Below, piece after piece: positions 45,037-54,262 of a DNA stretch of 54,657 bases. This DNA comes from an uncultured Bacillales bacterium (GTDB taxonomy: Bacteria > Bacillota_I > Bacilli_A > RFN20 > CAG-826): contig CAMHJP010000002.1 of NCBI GenBank assembly GCA_946185585.1, forward strand, positions 1-54,657, read 5' to 3'. Within the stretch, counting starts at the first letter, position 1. Each line of letters begins with the position of its first letter. A program made the translations under genes and the position numbers. Under the pieces are notes generated by a model. That model worked only from the letters and a program-made list of their open reading frames with translations, was not told the origin of the DNA and did no database searches.

Positions 45037-45528
45037 ATGGCAAAATTACAATCCCATGCTGTGAAACAAATCACAGAAATTGTGGAACGTTATAAAGATG
45101 AAGAAACACCATTAATGATGATTCTTGAAGCAATCCAAAGTGAATATGGTTATATTCCTTTAGAAGTTCAAGAACTCGTTTCGAAGTTAACAGGTATTTC
45201 TGTTGCAGAAATCTATGGTGTCGTAACGTTTTATTCATTCTTCTCACTTAAACCTAAGGGTAAATACGTCATCGGTGTTTGTCTAGGTACTGCTTGCTAC
45301 GTTAAAGGTAGTCAAGCCGTGATGGACAAATTCTCCGAAGTTTTAAAGATTAAACCAGGAGAAACAACCGATGACGGATTATTTACTTTAGATGCACTTC
45401 GTTGCATCGGAGCTTGTGGTATCGCTCCAGCGATTTCCATTAATGGAAAAGTTTATCCAAAGATGGAAGCGAAGAAAGTCATTCCTCTTATTGAGGAATA
45501 TAAAGCTCTCGCAGCAAAGGAGGCCTAA
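45037..45528 (+). CDS. hydC: NuoE-like [2Fe-2S] subunit of bifurcating-type [FeFe]-hydrogenase
   Basis: 163 aa. Thioredoxin-like ferredoxin with Cys pattern C..GTAC...C.GAC. Confidence 0.85.
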   Translation: MAKLQSHAVKQITEIVERYKDEETPLMMILEAIQSEYGYIPLEVQELVSKLTGISVAEIYGVVTFYSFFSLKPKGKYVIGVCLGTACYVKGSQAVMDKFSEVLKIKPGETTDDGLFTLDALRCIGACGIAPAISINGKVYPKMEAKKVIPLIEEYKALAAKEA

Positions 45529-45531
45529 TCA

Positions 45532-47403
45532 ATGGAAAAGATTCTTAATGAACAACAATTACATGAGAAAATCGAACATTGCTCCTCTTGCTTAGAGAAA
45601 AAGTTTAGTGGAGCTGATGGTAAAAAACACCTCGTTGTTTGTGGTGGTACCGGGTGCTTATCTTCGAACTCTGGAGAAATCTTAGAAAAATTAGAAGCTC
45701 TTATTAAAGAGAAACACCTCGAAGACAAAGCCACAGTGAACCGTGTCGGTTGCTTCGGCTTCTGCTCCCAAGGTCCATTCGTTAAAGTCTTCCCAGAAGA
45801 CCGTTTATATCGCGCTGTTAAAGTAAGCGATGTTGAACGTATCATCCAAGAAGACGTCATCGAAGGTAAATGTATTGAAGATTTACTCTACGTTGATCCA
45901 AAAACCAAAGAAAAAGTTGAACGTCAAGACGACATCAACTTCTATAAGAAACAAAAACGTATTGCTCTTAACGGTTGCTCTATGATCAACCCAGAAGAGC
46001 TCGAAGAAGCCTTTGGCTTCGGAGCCTTCAAAGGCTTAACTAGAGCTCTTCATATGAGCCAACAAGAAGTTGTTGATGAAATCCTTAAATCTGGATTAAG
46101 AGGTCGTGGTGGTGCTGGCTTCCCAACTGGAAGAAAGTGGCAATTCGCTCTTAATCAACAAAGCGAAGATAAATACGTTATCTGTAATGGTGACGAAGGC
46201 GATCCAGGCGCATTCATGGATCGTTCAATTCTTGAAGGTAACCCAGTTGGTGTTATCGAAGGTATGATGATCGCTGGTTATGCGATTGGTGCCAAAAACG
46301 GTTACTTCTATGTTCGTGCGGAATACCCAATCGCGGTCCAACGTTTACGTTTAGCGATTAAAGAACTCGAAGAAGTCGGACTTTTAGGTGACCACATCTT
46401 AGGAACTGATTTCTCCTTTAGATGTCACATCCGTTTAGGTGCTGGCGCATTCGTCTGTGGTGAAGAAACCGCCCTCCTCAATTCTATTGAGGGAAAACGT
46501 GGTATGCCTCGTCCAAGACCACCATTCCCAGCCATTAAAGGCTTATGGCAAAAACCAAGTATTATTAATAACGTTGAAACCCTCGCTGACGTGAGTTGGA
46601 TTATGCGCGAAGGCGCCGATAAATTTGCCTCCATTGGTACCCAAGGTTCCAAAGGAACCAAGGTCTTTGCCCTTGGCGGTAAAGTCAATAACGTCGGTTT
46701 AGTCGAAGTTCCAATGGGAACTACTCTCCGTGAACTCATTTATGACATTGGTGGAGGAATCCCAAACGGAAAGAAATTCAAAGCCATTCAAACCGGAGGT
46801 CCATCCGGAGGATGTCTGACCGAAAAAGATCTTGATACCGAGATCGACTTTGATACTCTTGTCGCCCGCGGATCCATGATGGGTTCTGGTGGTGCCATCG
46901 TCATGGATGAAGATAACTGTATGGTTGACGTCGCGAAATTCTACATGGAATTCATCGTTGATGAATCATGTGGTAAATGTTCACCATGCCGTATTGGAAC
47001 CAAACGCATGCTCGAAATCTTAACAAAGATTTGTAACGGTAAAGGCGAAGAACAAGATCTAGAAGATCTTAAAGAACTCGCCTCGATTACTAAAACAAAC
47101 TCTTTATGTGCTTTAGGTCAAACCGCGGCAAACCCAATTCTTTCGACCATGACTAACTTCCCAGAAGAATATGAAGCCCATGTTAAACAGCACAAGTGTC
47201 CAGCTGGTGTTTGTAAAGCAATGCTTCATTATGAAATCAATCCTGATAAATGTAAGAAATGCTCTTTATGTGCCCGTAACTGCCCAGTTCAAGCAATTAG
47301 CGGTGTTGTTGGTAAAGAAGCATTTAAGATCGACCAATCCAAGTGTATAAAATGTGGATTATGTATGTCCAACTGTCACTTTGGTGCCGTCGAAAAGAAA
47401 TAG
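45532..47403 (+). CDS. hydB: NuoF-like flavoprotein subunit (NAD(P)H/FMN, Fe-S) of [FeFe]-hydrogenase
   Basis: N-terminal 2Fe-2S module, GRGGAGFPTGRKW FMN/NADH site, SCGKCSPCR N3-type cluster, and two C-terminal ferredoxin CxxCxxCxxxCP motifs. Confidence 0.9.
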   Translation: MEKILNEQQLHEKIEHCSSCLEKKFSGADGKKHLVVCGGTGCLSSNSGEILEKLEALIKEKHLEDKATVNRVGCFGFCSQGPFVKVFPEDRLYRAVKVSDVERIIQEDVIEGKCIEDLLYVDPKTKEKVERQDDINFYKKQKRIALNGCSMINPEELEEAFGFGAFKGLTRALHMSQQEVVDEILKSGLRGRGGAGFPTGRKWQFALNQQSEDKYVICNGDEGDPGAFMDRSILEGNPVGVIEGMMIAGYAIGAKNGYFYVRAEYPIAVQRLRLAIKELEEVGLLGDHILGTDFSFRCHIRLGAGAFVCGEETALLNSIEGKRGMPRPRPPFPAIKGLWQKPSIINNVETLADVSWIMREGADKFASIGTQGSKGTKVFALGGKVNNVGLVEVPMGTTLRELIYDIGGGIPNGKKFKAIQTGGPSGGCLTEKDLDTEIDFDTLVARGSMMGSGGAIVMDEDNCMVDVAKFYMEFIVDESCGKCSPCRIGTKRMLEILTKICNGKGEEQDLEDLKELASITKTNSLCALGQTAANPILSTMTNFPEEYEAHVKQHKCPAGVCKAMLHYEINPDKCKKCSLCARNCPVQAISGVVGKEAFKIDQSKCIKCGLCMSNCHFGAVEKK

Positions 47404-47415
47404 GAGGAAATAAAG

Positions 47416-49188
47416 ATGGCTTTAGTCAATATTAAAATTGAAGGAAAATCCTACCAAGTCGATAGTTCCTTAACTGTCTTAGAAGCTTGTCGAAAATGTG
47501 GATACAACATCCCATCTTTATGTAGCTTTCATAAAGGAAGATGTTCATTAGCATCTTGCCGTGTCTGTTTAGTTGAAGTTGTTGGCGCTAGAGGCCTTGT
47601 TGCTTCTTGTGCTGCTCCAGTTAGTGAAGGAATGGAAATTATTATTTCCTCACAAAAAGCAACAGATGCCCGACGCAATAGCGTCGAGCTCATCCTTTCT
47701 AACCACCAAAAGAACTGTTTACAATGTCCAAAGAATGGACAATGTGAACTTCTTGAAGTTTCGAAAATGGTTGGCGCTCGTGATGGTAAATTTATTGGTG
47801 TACAAACTCCAGCAAGCATCGACGAAGTCGCTCCCGGCATTATCCGTAATAGCGGAAAATGTATCCTTTGTGGACGTTGTATTGAAACCTGTAAAGAACT
47901 CCAAGGTATTGGCATCTTAGGTTTTGAAAAACGTGGATTTAATACTTTCGTTGCTCCAGCTGAAAACCGTAGCTTTGCTAAATCCCCATGTATGCAATGT
48001 GGTCAATGTGTTCTTGTTTGCCCAACTGGTGCCTTAATGGAACACGATGAAATCCACTTAGTGGATGAAGCCAAACGTCAAGGCAAATTCATTGTTTGCC
48101 AAGTCGCTCCAGCTGTTCGTTCAGCTATTGCTGAAGAATTCGGCGAAAAGATTGGTACCAACGGTACTAAGAAAATGATCGCCGCACTTCATCGACTTGG
48201 TTTCAACCGTGTCTTTGACGTGAACTTCGGTGCTGACCTCACCATCATGGAAGAAGGCTACGAACTCATCGAAAGAATCAAAAAAGGTGGAGTTCTTCCA
48301 CAAATCACATCCTGTTCACCAGGATGGATTAACTATATGGAATACTTCTATCCAGAAGTCATCCCAAATATGTCCACATGTAAATCTCCTCACCAAATGC
48401 AAGGAGCAATTACGAAGTCATATTTCGCTAAAGTTCATAATCTTGATCCAAAAGATATCTTCGTGGTCTCGATTATGCCTTGTACCGCCAAGAAATTTGA
48501 AAAATCTCGTCCAGAAATGGAAGTTGATGGTATCCGTGATGTTGATGCTGTCTTAACCACCCGTGAACTTGGACGTTTGATTAAACGTGCTGGTATTAAC
48601 TGGAAACTCCTTCCAGAAAACGAAGAATTCGACCAAGACCTTCTTGGTGAATACTCTGGCGCAGGTGTCATCTTTGGTGTCACCGGCGGCGTTATGGAAG
48701 CAGCACTTCGTACTGCTTACTTCGTTTTAACTGGTAAGGAACACGAAAAGATTGCTTTTGAAGCTGTTCGTGGTTTAGAAGGAATTAAAGAAGCAAGTAT
48801 CGATATTAATGGAACAACAATTAATGTTGCCGTTTGCTCTGGAATGAAAAACGCCAAAGTGCTCCTTGAAGATGTCAAAGCTGGTAAATCTAAATACCAC
48901 TTCATCGAAATCATGGGTTGCCCAGGCGGATGTATTAACGGTGGTGGTCAACCTTACGTTAAACCAATGTTCCTTCCAAATGAAGATGATGACATCTTAG
49001 AAACATACCGCGCTAAACGTGCATCGGTCTTATATAGTGAAGATGAACGTCAAAAAGTTCGTCAATCACACAATAACCCAGATATCCAAAAACTCTACAA
49101 GGATTATCTTGGTGAACCATTAAGTGAGCTCAGTGAAAAACTACTTCACACCCACTATAATGCGAACCGTGAAAAATTCCCACGTTAA
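47416..49188 (+). CDS. hydA: [FeFe]-hydrogenase catalytic subunit (M3-type), with variant L1 motif
   Basis: N-terminal 2Fe-2S fold and F-cluster motifs CILCGRCIETC and CMQCGQCVLVCP. H-cluster motifs are L1 TSCSPGW (canonical TSCCPxW), L2 MPCTAKKFE and L3 EIMGCPGGCINGGG. Confidence 0.92.
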   Translation: MALVNIKIEGKSYQVDSSLTVLEACRKCGYNIPSLCSFHKGRCSLASCRVCLVEVVGARGLVASCAAPVSEGMEIIISSQKATDARRNSVELILSNHQKNCLQCPKNGQCELLEVSKMVGARDGKFIGVQTPASIDEVAPGIIRNSGKCILCGRCIETCKELQGIGILGFEKRGFNTFVAPAENRSFAKSPCMQCGQCVLVCPTGALMEHDEIHLVDEAKRQGKFIVCQVAPAVRSAIAEEFGEKIGTNGTKKMIAALHRLGFNRVFDVNFGADLTIMEEGYELIERIKKGGVLPQITSCSPGWINYMEYFYPEVIPNMSTCKSPHQMQGAITKSYFAKVHNLDPKDIFVVSIMPCTAKKFEKSRPEMEVDGIRDVDAVLTTRELGRLIKRAGINWKLLPENEEFDQDLLGEYSGAGVIFGVTGGVMEAALRTAYFVLTGKEHEKIAFEAVRGLEGIKEASIDINGTTINVAVCSGMKNAKVLLEDVKAGKSKYHFIEIMGCPGGCINGGGQPYVKPMFLPNEDDDILETYRAKRASVLYSEDERQKVRQSHNNPDIQKLYKDYLGEPLSELSEKLLHTHYNANREKFPR

Positions 49189-49193
49189 TAAAG

Positions 49194-49216
49194 AAGGTGC
49201 TTAAGCACCTTTTTTA
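49194..49216 (+). terminator. intrinsic terminator after hydA
   Basis: Hairpin AAGGTGC-TTAA-GCACCTT followed by T5. Confidence 0.85.
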
Positions 49217-49233
49217 GTTAAGAAAGGAGAATT

Positions 49234-50127
49234 ATGGAATACATTGTTGAAACAAAAGATTTAACAAAGAAGTTTCCAAATAAACTTGCTGTCGACCACG
49301 TAAGCATGCACATTGCTCGAGGCGACATCTATGGTTTTATTGGCAAAAACGGTGCTGGTAAAACCACAACAATGAAACTACTTCTTGGTCTATTAAGACC
49401 AACAAGTGGTGAAATGAGTTTATTTGGTTCAACTAAACTCGATGAAGGCCGCATCAAAATCGGCTCTTTAATCGAGGAACCAGGTTTATATAAAAACTGC
49501 GATGCCATCGAAAATATGAAACGCTTCGCCATTCTTAGTGGTGGTGACGAGGATGAGATTAAAAAAATTCTCGACCTTGTTGGTCTTAGCGGTGCTAGTA
49601 GACGTAAAGTTAGAGAATATTCTTTAGGTATGAAACAGCGTTTAGGTATCGCGATTTCACTCCTTGGTCATCCTGATTTACTAATTCTAGATGAACCAAT
49701 TAATGGTCTAGATCCAGCGGGAATTAAAGAGATTCGCGATACGATTTTAAAATTAAACAAAGAAAAAGGCGTTTCATTCTTAATCTCGAGTCACATCTTA
49801 GATGAACTAGCGAAGATTACCACTCGTTATGGAATTATTAACGATGGTCGACTGGTAGAAGAAATCGAAGCCGATGTCTTAAATGAACGATGCCAAACCA
49901 ACCTCAAAATTAGTGTTGATAACGTGAAAAAAGCTGAAAGTATTCTCAAAGAGAATAATCTTTTGAATAAATATGAAATTAATGATCACGAATTAGTCAT
50001 GTTTGATCACTACGAAGATGCAGCAAAAATTAATGAATTATTAGTCAAAGGTGGAGTAAAAGTAAACGGATTATCCCACTCCGATATGGCCTTTGAAGAC
50101 TACTTCATAGAAAGGATTGGACGATAA
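49234..50127 (+). CDS. ABC-2 type transporter ATP-binding protein
   Basis: Walker A GKNGAGKTT, signature YSLGMKQR, Walker B LILDEP. Confidence 0.88.
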   Translation: MEYIVETKDLTKKFPNKLAVDHVSMHIARGDIYGFIGKNGAGKTTTMKLLLGLLRPTSGEMSLFGSTKLDEGRIKIGSLIEEPGLYKNCDAIENMKRFAILSGGDEDEIKKILDLVGLSGASRRKVREYSLGMKQRLGIAISLLGHPDLLILDEPINGLDPAGIKEIRDTILKLNKEKGVSFLISSHILDELAKITTRYGIINDGRLVEEIEADVLNERCQTNLKISVDNVKKAESILKENNLLNKYEINDHELVMFDHYEDAAKINELLVKGGVKVNGLSHSDMAFEDYFIERIGR

Positions 50128-50129
50128 AA

Positions 50130-50888
50130 ATGAGAAAACTACTTCGTTTTGAACTTCGTAAAATCCTTCGTTCCAAAGCTTTCTATGTTTGTGTAGCGAT
50201 TTCAATTGGATTTTTAATTCTTACTTTAGTAACTGCTAAGGTTGCTAATGATGCTTTAGAAGCAGTTGGTCAACAAAAACTCACTCTTTCCGGAGTCTTC
50301 TTTGCAAAAGGTGCGATATCTAGTGCCTCAATTGGCATGATTAGTGCCATCTTTATCGCGATTTATGTTTGTGAAGACTTTACTAGTGGTACTATGAAAA
50401 CCATTATTGCCAAAGGAAATGATCGTACGAAAGTCTATTTCTCTAAATACATCATCTCTGTTTCAGCGGTAATTATTTGGTCAATTGTATCTGTCTTAGT
50501 TGCCTTCCTAATTGGAACAGCAATGTATGGCAATAGTGAAGCTTTAAAAGATAACGTTGCTGTCATCATTATTGGTCAATTATTAGGTGTGTTAGCCTAC
50601 CACTCTTTATACTTCATGATTTCTTATTCGTTTACCAAAGTTGGTGCCTCAATTGCTCTGAACTTACTTGGGCCACTTGGTGTCAATTTATTACTCAATT
50701 TTGGTGATACTTTAATCAAGAGTGATTCCTTCAAATTAACCGATTATTGGATTGATGGAATTGTTGGCAATTTTACGGCCTCAACAACCAATAATAAACT
50801 AATCATTTCTGGCATGATTTTACTAGTTGTTTATTGTGCGGCAACAGCTATCGGTGGATGGCTTATTGCTCGACGTAAAGAAATCTAA
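50130..50888 (+). CDS. ABC-2 type transporter permease
   Basis: 252 aa, 6 TM. Directly follows the ATPase gene. Confidence 0.75.
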   Translation: MRKLLRFELRKILRSKAFYVCVAISIGFLILTLVTAKVANDALEAVGQQKLTLSGVFFAKGAISSASIGMISAIFIAIYVCEDFTSGTMKTIIAKGNDRTKVYFSKYIISVSAVIIWSIVSVLVAFLIGTAMYGNSEALKDNVAVIIIGQLLGVLAYHSLYFMISYSFTKVGASIALNLLGPLGVNLLLNFGDTLIKSDSFKLTDYWIDGIVGNFTASTTNNKLIISGMILLVVYCAATAIGGWLIARRKEI

Positions 50889-50906
50889 AAATCACCGGCA
50901 AAACTA

Positions 50907-50945
50907 AAAAATCAACCGAGAATTGCGGTTGATTTTTGTTTTTTT
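50907..50945. terminator. bidirectional terminator between convergent genes
   Basis: Hairpin AAAAATCAACCG-N8-CGGTTGATTTTT. Confidence 0.8.
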
Positions 50946-50958
50946 GTTAGTTTAGAAA

Positions 50959-51828
50959 TTAACGGTGTTTTGCGTGGAAAGTGACACCAATCGCGTTTGG
51001 TCCACAGTGACTTCCAGCAGTTGGGTTAACAACGGTATATTCGATGTTCAAATCTTCCCCAAATTGAGCCTTCATCATCTTGCCAAATTCAGTGGCAATA
51101 TCAAGGGCGTCACTATGAGCAATAACAACTCGATGATCCTTAATATGATCTTCTAATTCAATCACGTAATTAAGAAGCATTTGGAGAGTATTTTTGTAAC
51201 CACGAGATTTAGCTTTTGTGGTCATTTTTCCATCATCGCCAATGTAGATTAATGGACGAATTCCAATGATGCCACCCATAAAAGCAGCAAAGCCACCGAC
51301 ACGGCCACTACGTTTGAAGAATTTTAAGTCATCAGCGTAGAAATAGAAGGCGGTGTGATCAACAATGTCATCCTTCATCGCTAAGACTTCTTCAACTGTT
51401 TTACCTGATTTTAGTAAATCGCCGATTGTACAGCAGATGTTATAAGAACCTAATGTGATTCCTTTAGTATCAATTCGTTCAAATTTTCTTTCAGGATATT
51501 TTTGTTTTAATTCTTCTAAAGCAAGATGAAGAGCGTTAAATGTTCCGCTCATCGCTGCTGAGAAGTGAATGTAAAGAATATCGTTTCCTTTTTTAAATTC
51601 AGGTTCGAAATATTCCTTATATTGCTCAGGTGATAAAGCTGATGTTGTTGGAAGAACACCATCTCTTAATTGGTTATAGAATTTTTTGTAGTCAAATTCT
51701 TTAAAATCAACGTATGGAAAGACTTCTTTTCCATCGATTGAATATGGCATCGAAATGAGTTTAAATCCATATTTGGAACAAAGTTCCGGTGTCATATCAC
51801 AATCACTATCGACAAAAATTGTATACAT
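50959..51828 (-). CDS. DegV family (fatty-acid-binding, EDD fold) protein
   Basis: 289 aa. MYTIFVDSDCDM..., LPTTSALSP and GPNAIGV blocks are typical of DegV. Confidence 0.85.
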   Translation of the reverse strand: MYTIFVDSDCDMTPELCSKYGFKLISMPYSIDGKEVFPYVDFKEFDYKKFYNQLRDGVLPTTSALSPEQYKEYFEPEFKKGNDILYIHFSAAMSGTFNALHLALEELKQKYPERKFERIDTKGITLGSYNICCTIGDLLKSGKTVEEVLAMKDDIVDHTAFYFYADDLKFFKRSGRVGGFAAFMGGIIGIRPLIYIGDDGKMTTKAKSRGYKNTLQMLLNYVIELEDHIKDHRVVIAHSDALDIATEFGKMMKAQFGEDLNIEYTVVNPTAGSHCGPNAIGVTFHAKHR

Positions 51829-51911
51829 AATTTCTCCTTAGTTAGAACACGCTAACCACTATAAAGCAATTTTTTATTTTTTCAATACTATATTTTTGTT
51901 ACAATGATGAT

Positions 51912-52020
51912 ACGAAAGGTAGGTAGAGACTATGAAAACATTATCTCTACAAATCTTATAGTTCGGGAATAATTCCCGTTTCATACAAAATATCGCTGTT
52001 TGGCGGTATTTTTCTTTTTT
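51912..52020 (+). ncRNA. candidate small RNA or leader with own promoter, three hairpins and a terminator
   Basis: Extended -10 TGtTACAAT at 51897-51905. Hairpins GTAGAGA/TCTCTAC, CGGGAA/TTCCCG and AATATCGC/GCGGTATT, followed by a T-run. Contains a 9-codon ORF (51932-61) behind AAAGGTAGG. Confidence 0.4.
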
Positions 52021-52138
52021 AAGTAAATAGTCTACAAAAAACGGATAATTTTAAAAATATCCGTAAATTGTCGGTGATTTTTGTATATGGAGCAATCTTA
52101 ATTGATAAATTAAAGACACCTCTATATAATTTATTTAG

Positions 52139-53140
52139 ATGAAAATTTCCAAGTGGTCATTGTTTCTAGTTACCTCTATTTGTGCCTTTTCAGGTTGTAA
52201 TAAAGGTTCTAGTGGAAAGAAGACAACAACAACATCTCTTCCTCCTTCAACAAGTGAACCTGCTCCATACGAAAATGTTTATCCAGATTACGATAAGCAT
52301 TATTCTGGTTACAACTTCCAAAACCAAATTGGAAACAATCTCCAATTCGAATTACATAAATACTTCATTGAAAAACATCAAACCTATGTTACCTATGGTA
52401 ACTATTGGTTCTATGCTAATACCGCAACTGATTTAGTTCCTGGAACCCAACTAAACGAGCTTTTCTATACAGGAAAACAAACCGCTCGAGTTTCTCATAC
52501 TGGTCAAGACCGTGAACACGTTTGGGCTTGTGCCAAATCAAATGGTTTATGGTGGAGAAATTCCCAAGTTTGGGAATATAACATCGGAGACCGTAACGAT
52601 AAGTACTGGGGAGGTGGAAGTGATCTTTTCCATGTTCGTCCAGCAACTGGTACTGGCATTAACCAAAAACGTTTAGATGCCGCTTTCTATGTCTTTAGTG
52701 AATCTGAACTTAGTGAAACCACACAACTTTCGGATGGTGGACCATACCGTTGCTATGTCGATGCCGCAGCGAATAAATTCCAAGTTGATCCCGCTTTTAG
52801 AGGCGATATCGCTCGTATTGTCATGTACATGTGGCTCCATTATTCTTTGATCGGAGACGTTAACGTCTATTACTCTCCAGACTATAAACCTGTTTATAAC
52901 ATTGAGGAAGCTGTCGAACTTTCGACGACTCATAACCCAAATGTTTGTGGAAACCTTCTTTTAACTGACATCTTAGCCTATAACACTGTTGAAGAATGCT
53001 ACGCTGCCTTAAAAGAATGGAACCGCATTGACCCACCAAGCGCGGTGGAAGTCAACCGTAATAACTATGTTGAATCAATCCAAGGAAACCGTAATCCATT
53101 TATTGATTACCCTCAACTTGTTGATCGTTGTTTAGTTTAA
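52139..53140 (+). CDS. Endonuclease I family lipoprotein
   Basis: Lipobox AFSG|C. Motifs DREHVWACAKS, SDLFHVRPATG..N, RGDIARIVMYMWLHY and GNRNPFIDYPQLV. TATAAT at 52125-52130 lies 8 nt before the ATG. Confidence 0.8.
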   Translation: MKISKWSLFLVTSICAFSGCNKGSSGKKTTTTSLPPSTSEPAPYENVYPDYDKHYSGYNFQNQIGNNLQFELHKYFIEKHQTYVTYGNYWFYANTATDLVPGTQLNELFYTGKQTARVSHTGQDREHVWACAKSNGLWWRNSQVWEYNIGDRNDKYWGGGSDLFHVRPATGTGINQKRLDAAFYVFSESELSETTQLSDGGPYRCYVDAAANKFQVDPAFRGDIARIVMYMWLHYSLIGDVNVYYSPDYKPVYNIEEAVELSTTHNPNVCGNLLLTDILAYNTVEECYAALKEWNRIDPPSAVEVNRNNYVESIQGNRNPFIDYPQLVDRCLV

Positions 53141-53160
53141 TAACTAAAGGAGAAGTTTTT

Positions 53161-54198
53161 ATGAAGATGAACAAACTACTCATTCTTGTGGCCTTTGCTG
53201 CTTTAGCAACTGGCTGTACTGCTGGTGGTGGACACCACAAGAAAACCAGCGGAAGTGGAGGTGGAGGTACCTCTGGTAGCGCCCCAACCTGGGATAACTA
53301 CGAAAAGTACTACACCAATAAACAAGACTACGCTGGTAATCCAGTCGCTGACTATAACTTTAGATCAAGCGTTGGAGATACATTAATGTATAACATCCAT
53401 CGTTATATGATCGACCAACATAAAACATATCTTAGATATGGAAATGTCACATCATTGTTCGCTAAAACAGATATGAAGGATAACGGAAAACGTGAAACCT
53501 TCTATACCGCCAAAGAAAATGGTGGAACCTCACGTGAACACGTCTGGTGCTGTGCTAACTCCAATGACCTCTGGTATCGTAATAGTCAATTCGTCGAACA
53601 CAAGATGGATGATGGCGGTGGCGCAGAAAACTACTGGGGTGGAGGAAGCGATATTTATAACCTTCGTCCAACAACAACCGCAGTAAATACTGACCGTAAA
53701 AACGCTGTTTTTACTACTTTCACTGAAGAAGAAAAGAAAGACACCACCAAAGTCTTCTCTTCGACAGATGGAGGACCATATAAACTCTACGTTAGTGTCG
53801 ACCAAAAGAAATGTGAAATCGCTGACTACTTCAAAGGTGATACCGCTCGTATCATCATGTACATGTGGATTCACTACTCCTCGATTGGTTCTTATGACGT
53901 CTACTATCCAAAGGATACAACCGCCTATAATAACCGTAAACCAGTCTACTCACTTGAGCAAGCTGTTGATCCAAAGACTCCAAATCACACTCCAATTATG
54001 TGTGGTAACTTACAGTTAACTGATATCTTAGGTTATAGCTCAGTTGATGAATGTAAACGAGTCTTAAAAGAGTGGAACAAGATTGATCCACCAAGCGATC
54101 TAGAAAAGAAACGTAACGACGTTGTCGAATCTCAAATCCAAGGTTTACGTAACCCATTCGTTGACTTCCCTCAACTTGTTGATCGTTGCTTAGTCTAA
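53161..54198 (+). CDS. Endonuclease I family lipoprotein (tandem paralog)
   Basis: AAAGGAG SD precedes ATG 53161, which is preferred over the track's TTG 53128. Lipobox LATG|C. Motifs SREHVWCCANS, SDIYNLRPTT..N, KGDTARIIMYMWIHY and GLRNPFVDFPQLV. Same C-terminal ...LVDRCLV as the upstream gene. Confidence 0.8.
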   Translation: MKMNKLLILVAFAALATGCTAGGGHHKKTSGSGGGGTSGSAPTWDNYEKYYTNKQDYAGNPVADYNFRSSVGDTLMYNIHRYMIDQHKTYLRYGNVTSLFAKTDMKDNGKRETFYTAKENGGTSREHVWCCANSNDLWYRNSQFVEHKMDDGGGAENYWGGGSDIYNLRPTTTAVNTDRKNAVFTTFTEEEKKDTTKVFSSTDGGPYKLYVSVDQKKCEIADYFKGDTARIIMYMWIHYSSIGSYDVYYPKDTTAYNNRKPVYSLEQAVDPKTPNHTPIMCGNLQLTDILGYSSVDECKRVLKEWNKIDPPSDLEKKRNDVVESQIQGLRNPFVDFPQLVDRCLV

Positions 54199-54228
54199 TT
54201 GCTCTAAATAAGTAAAACAATCTCATAT

Positions 54229-54251
54229 GGTTCTCCTAAAGGAGAACCTTT
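54229..54251 (+). terminator. hairpin terminator (weak T-run)
   Basis: GGTTCTCC-TAAA-GGAGAACC followed by TTT. Confidence 0.5.
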
Positions 54252-54262
54252 CAAAACAAAAG

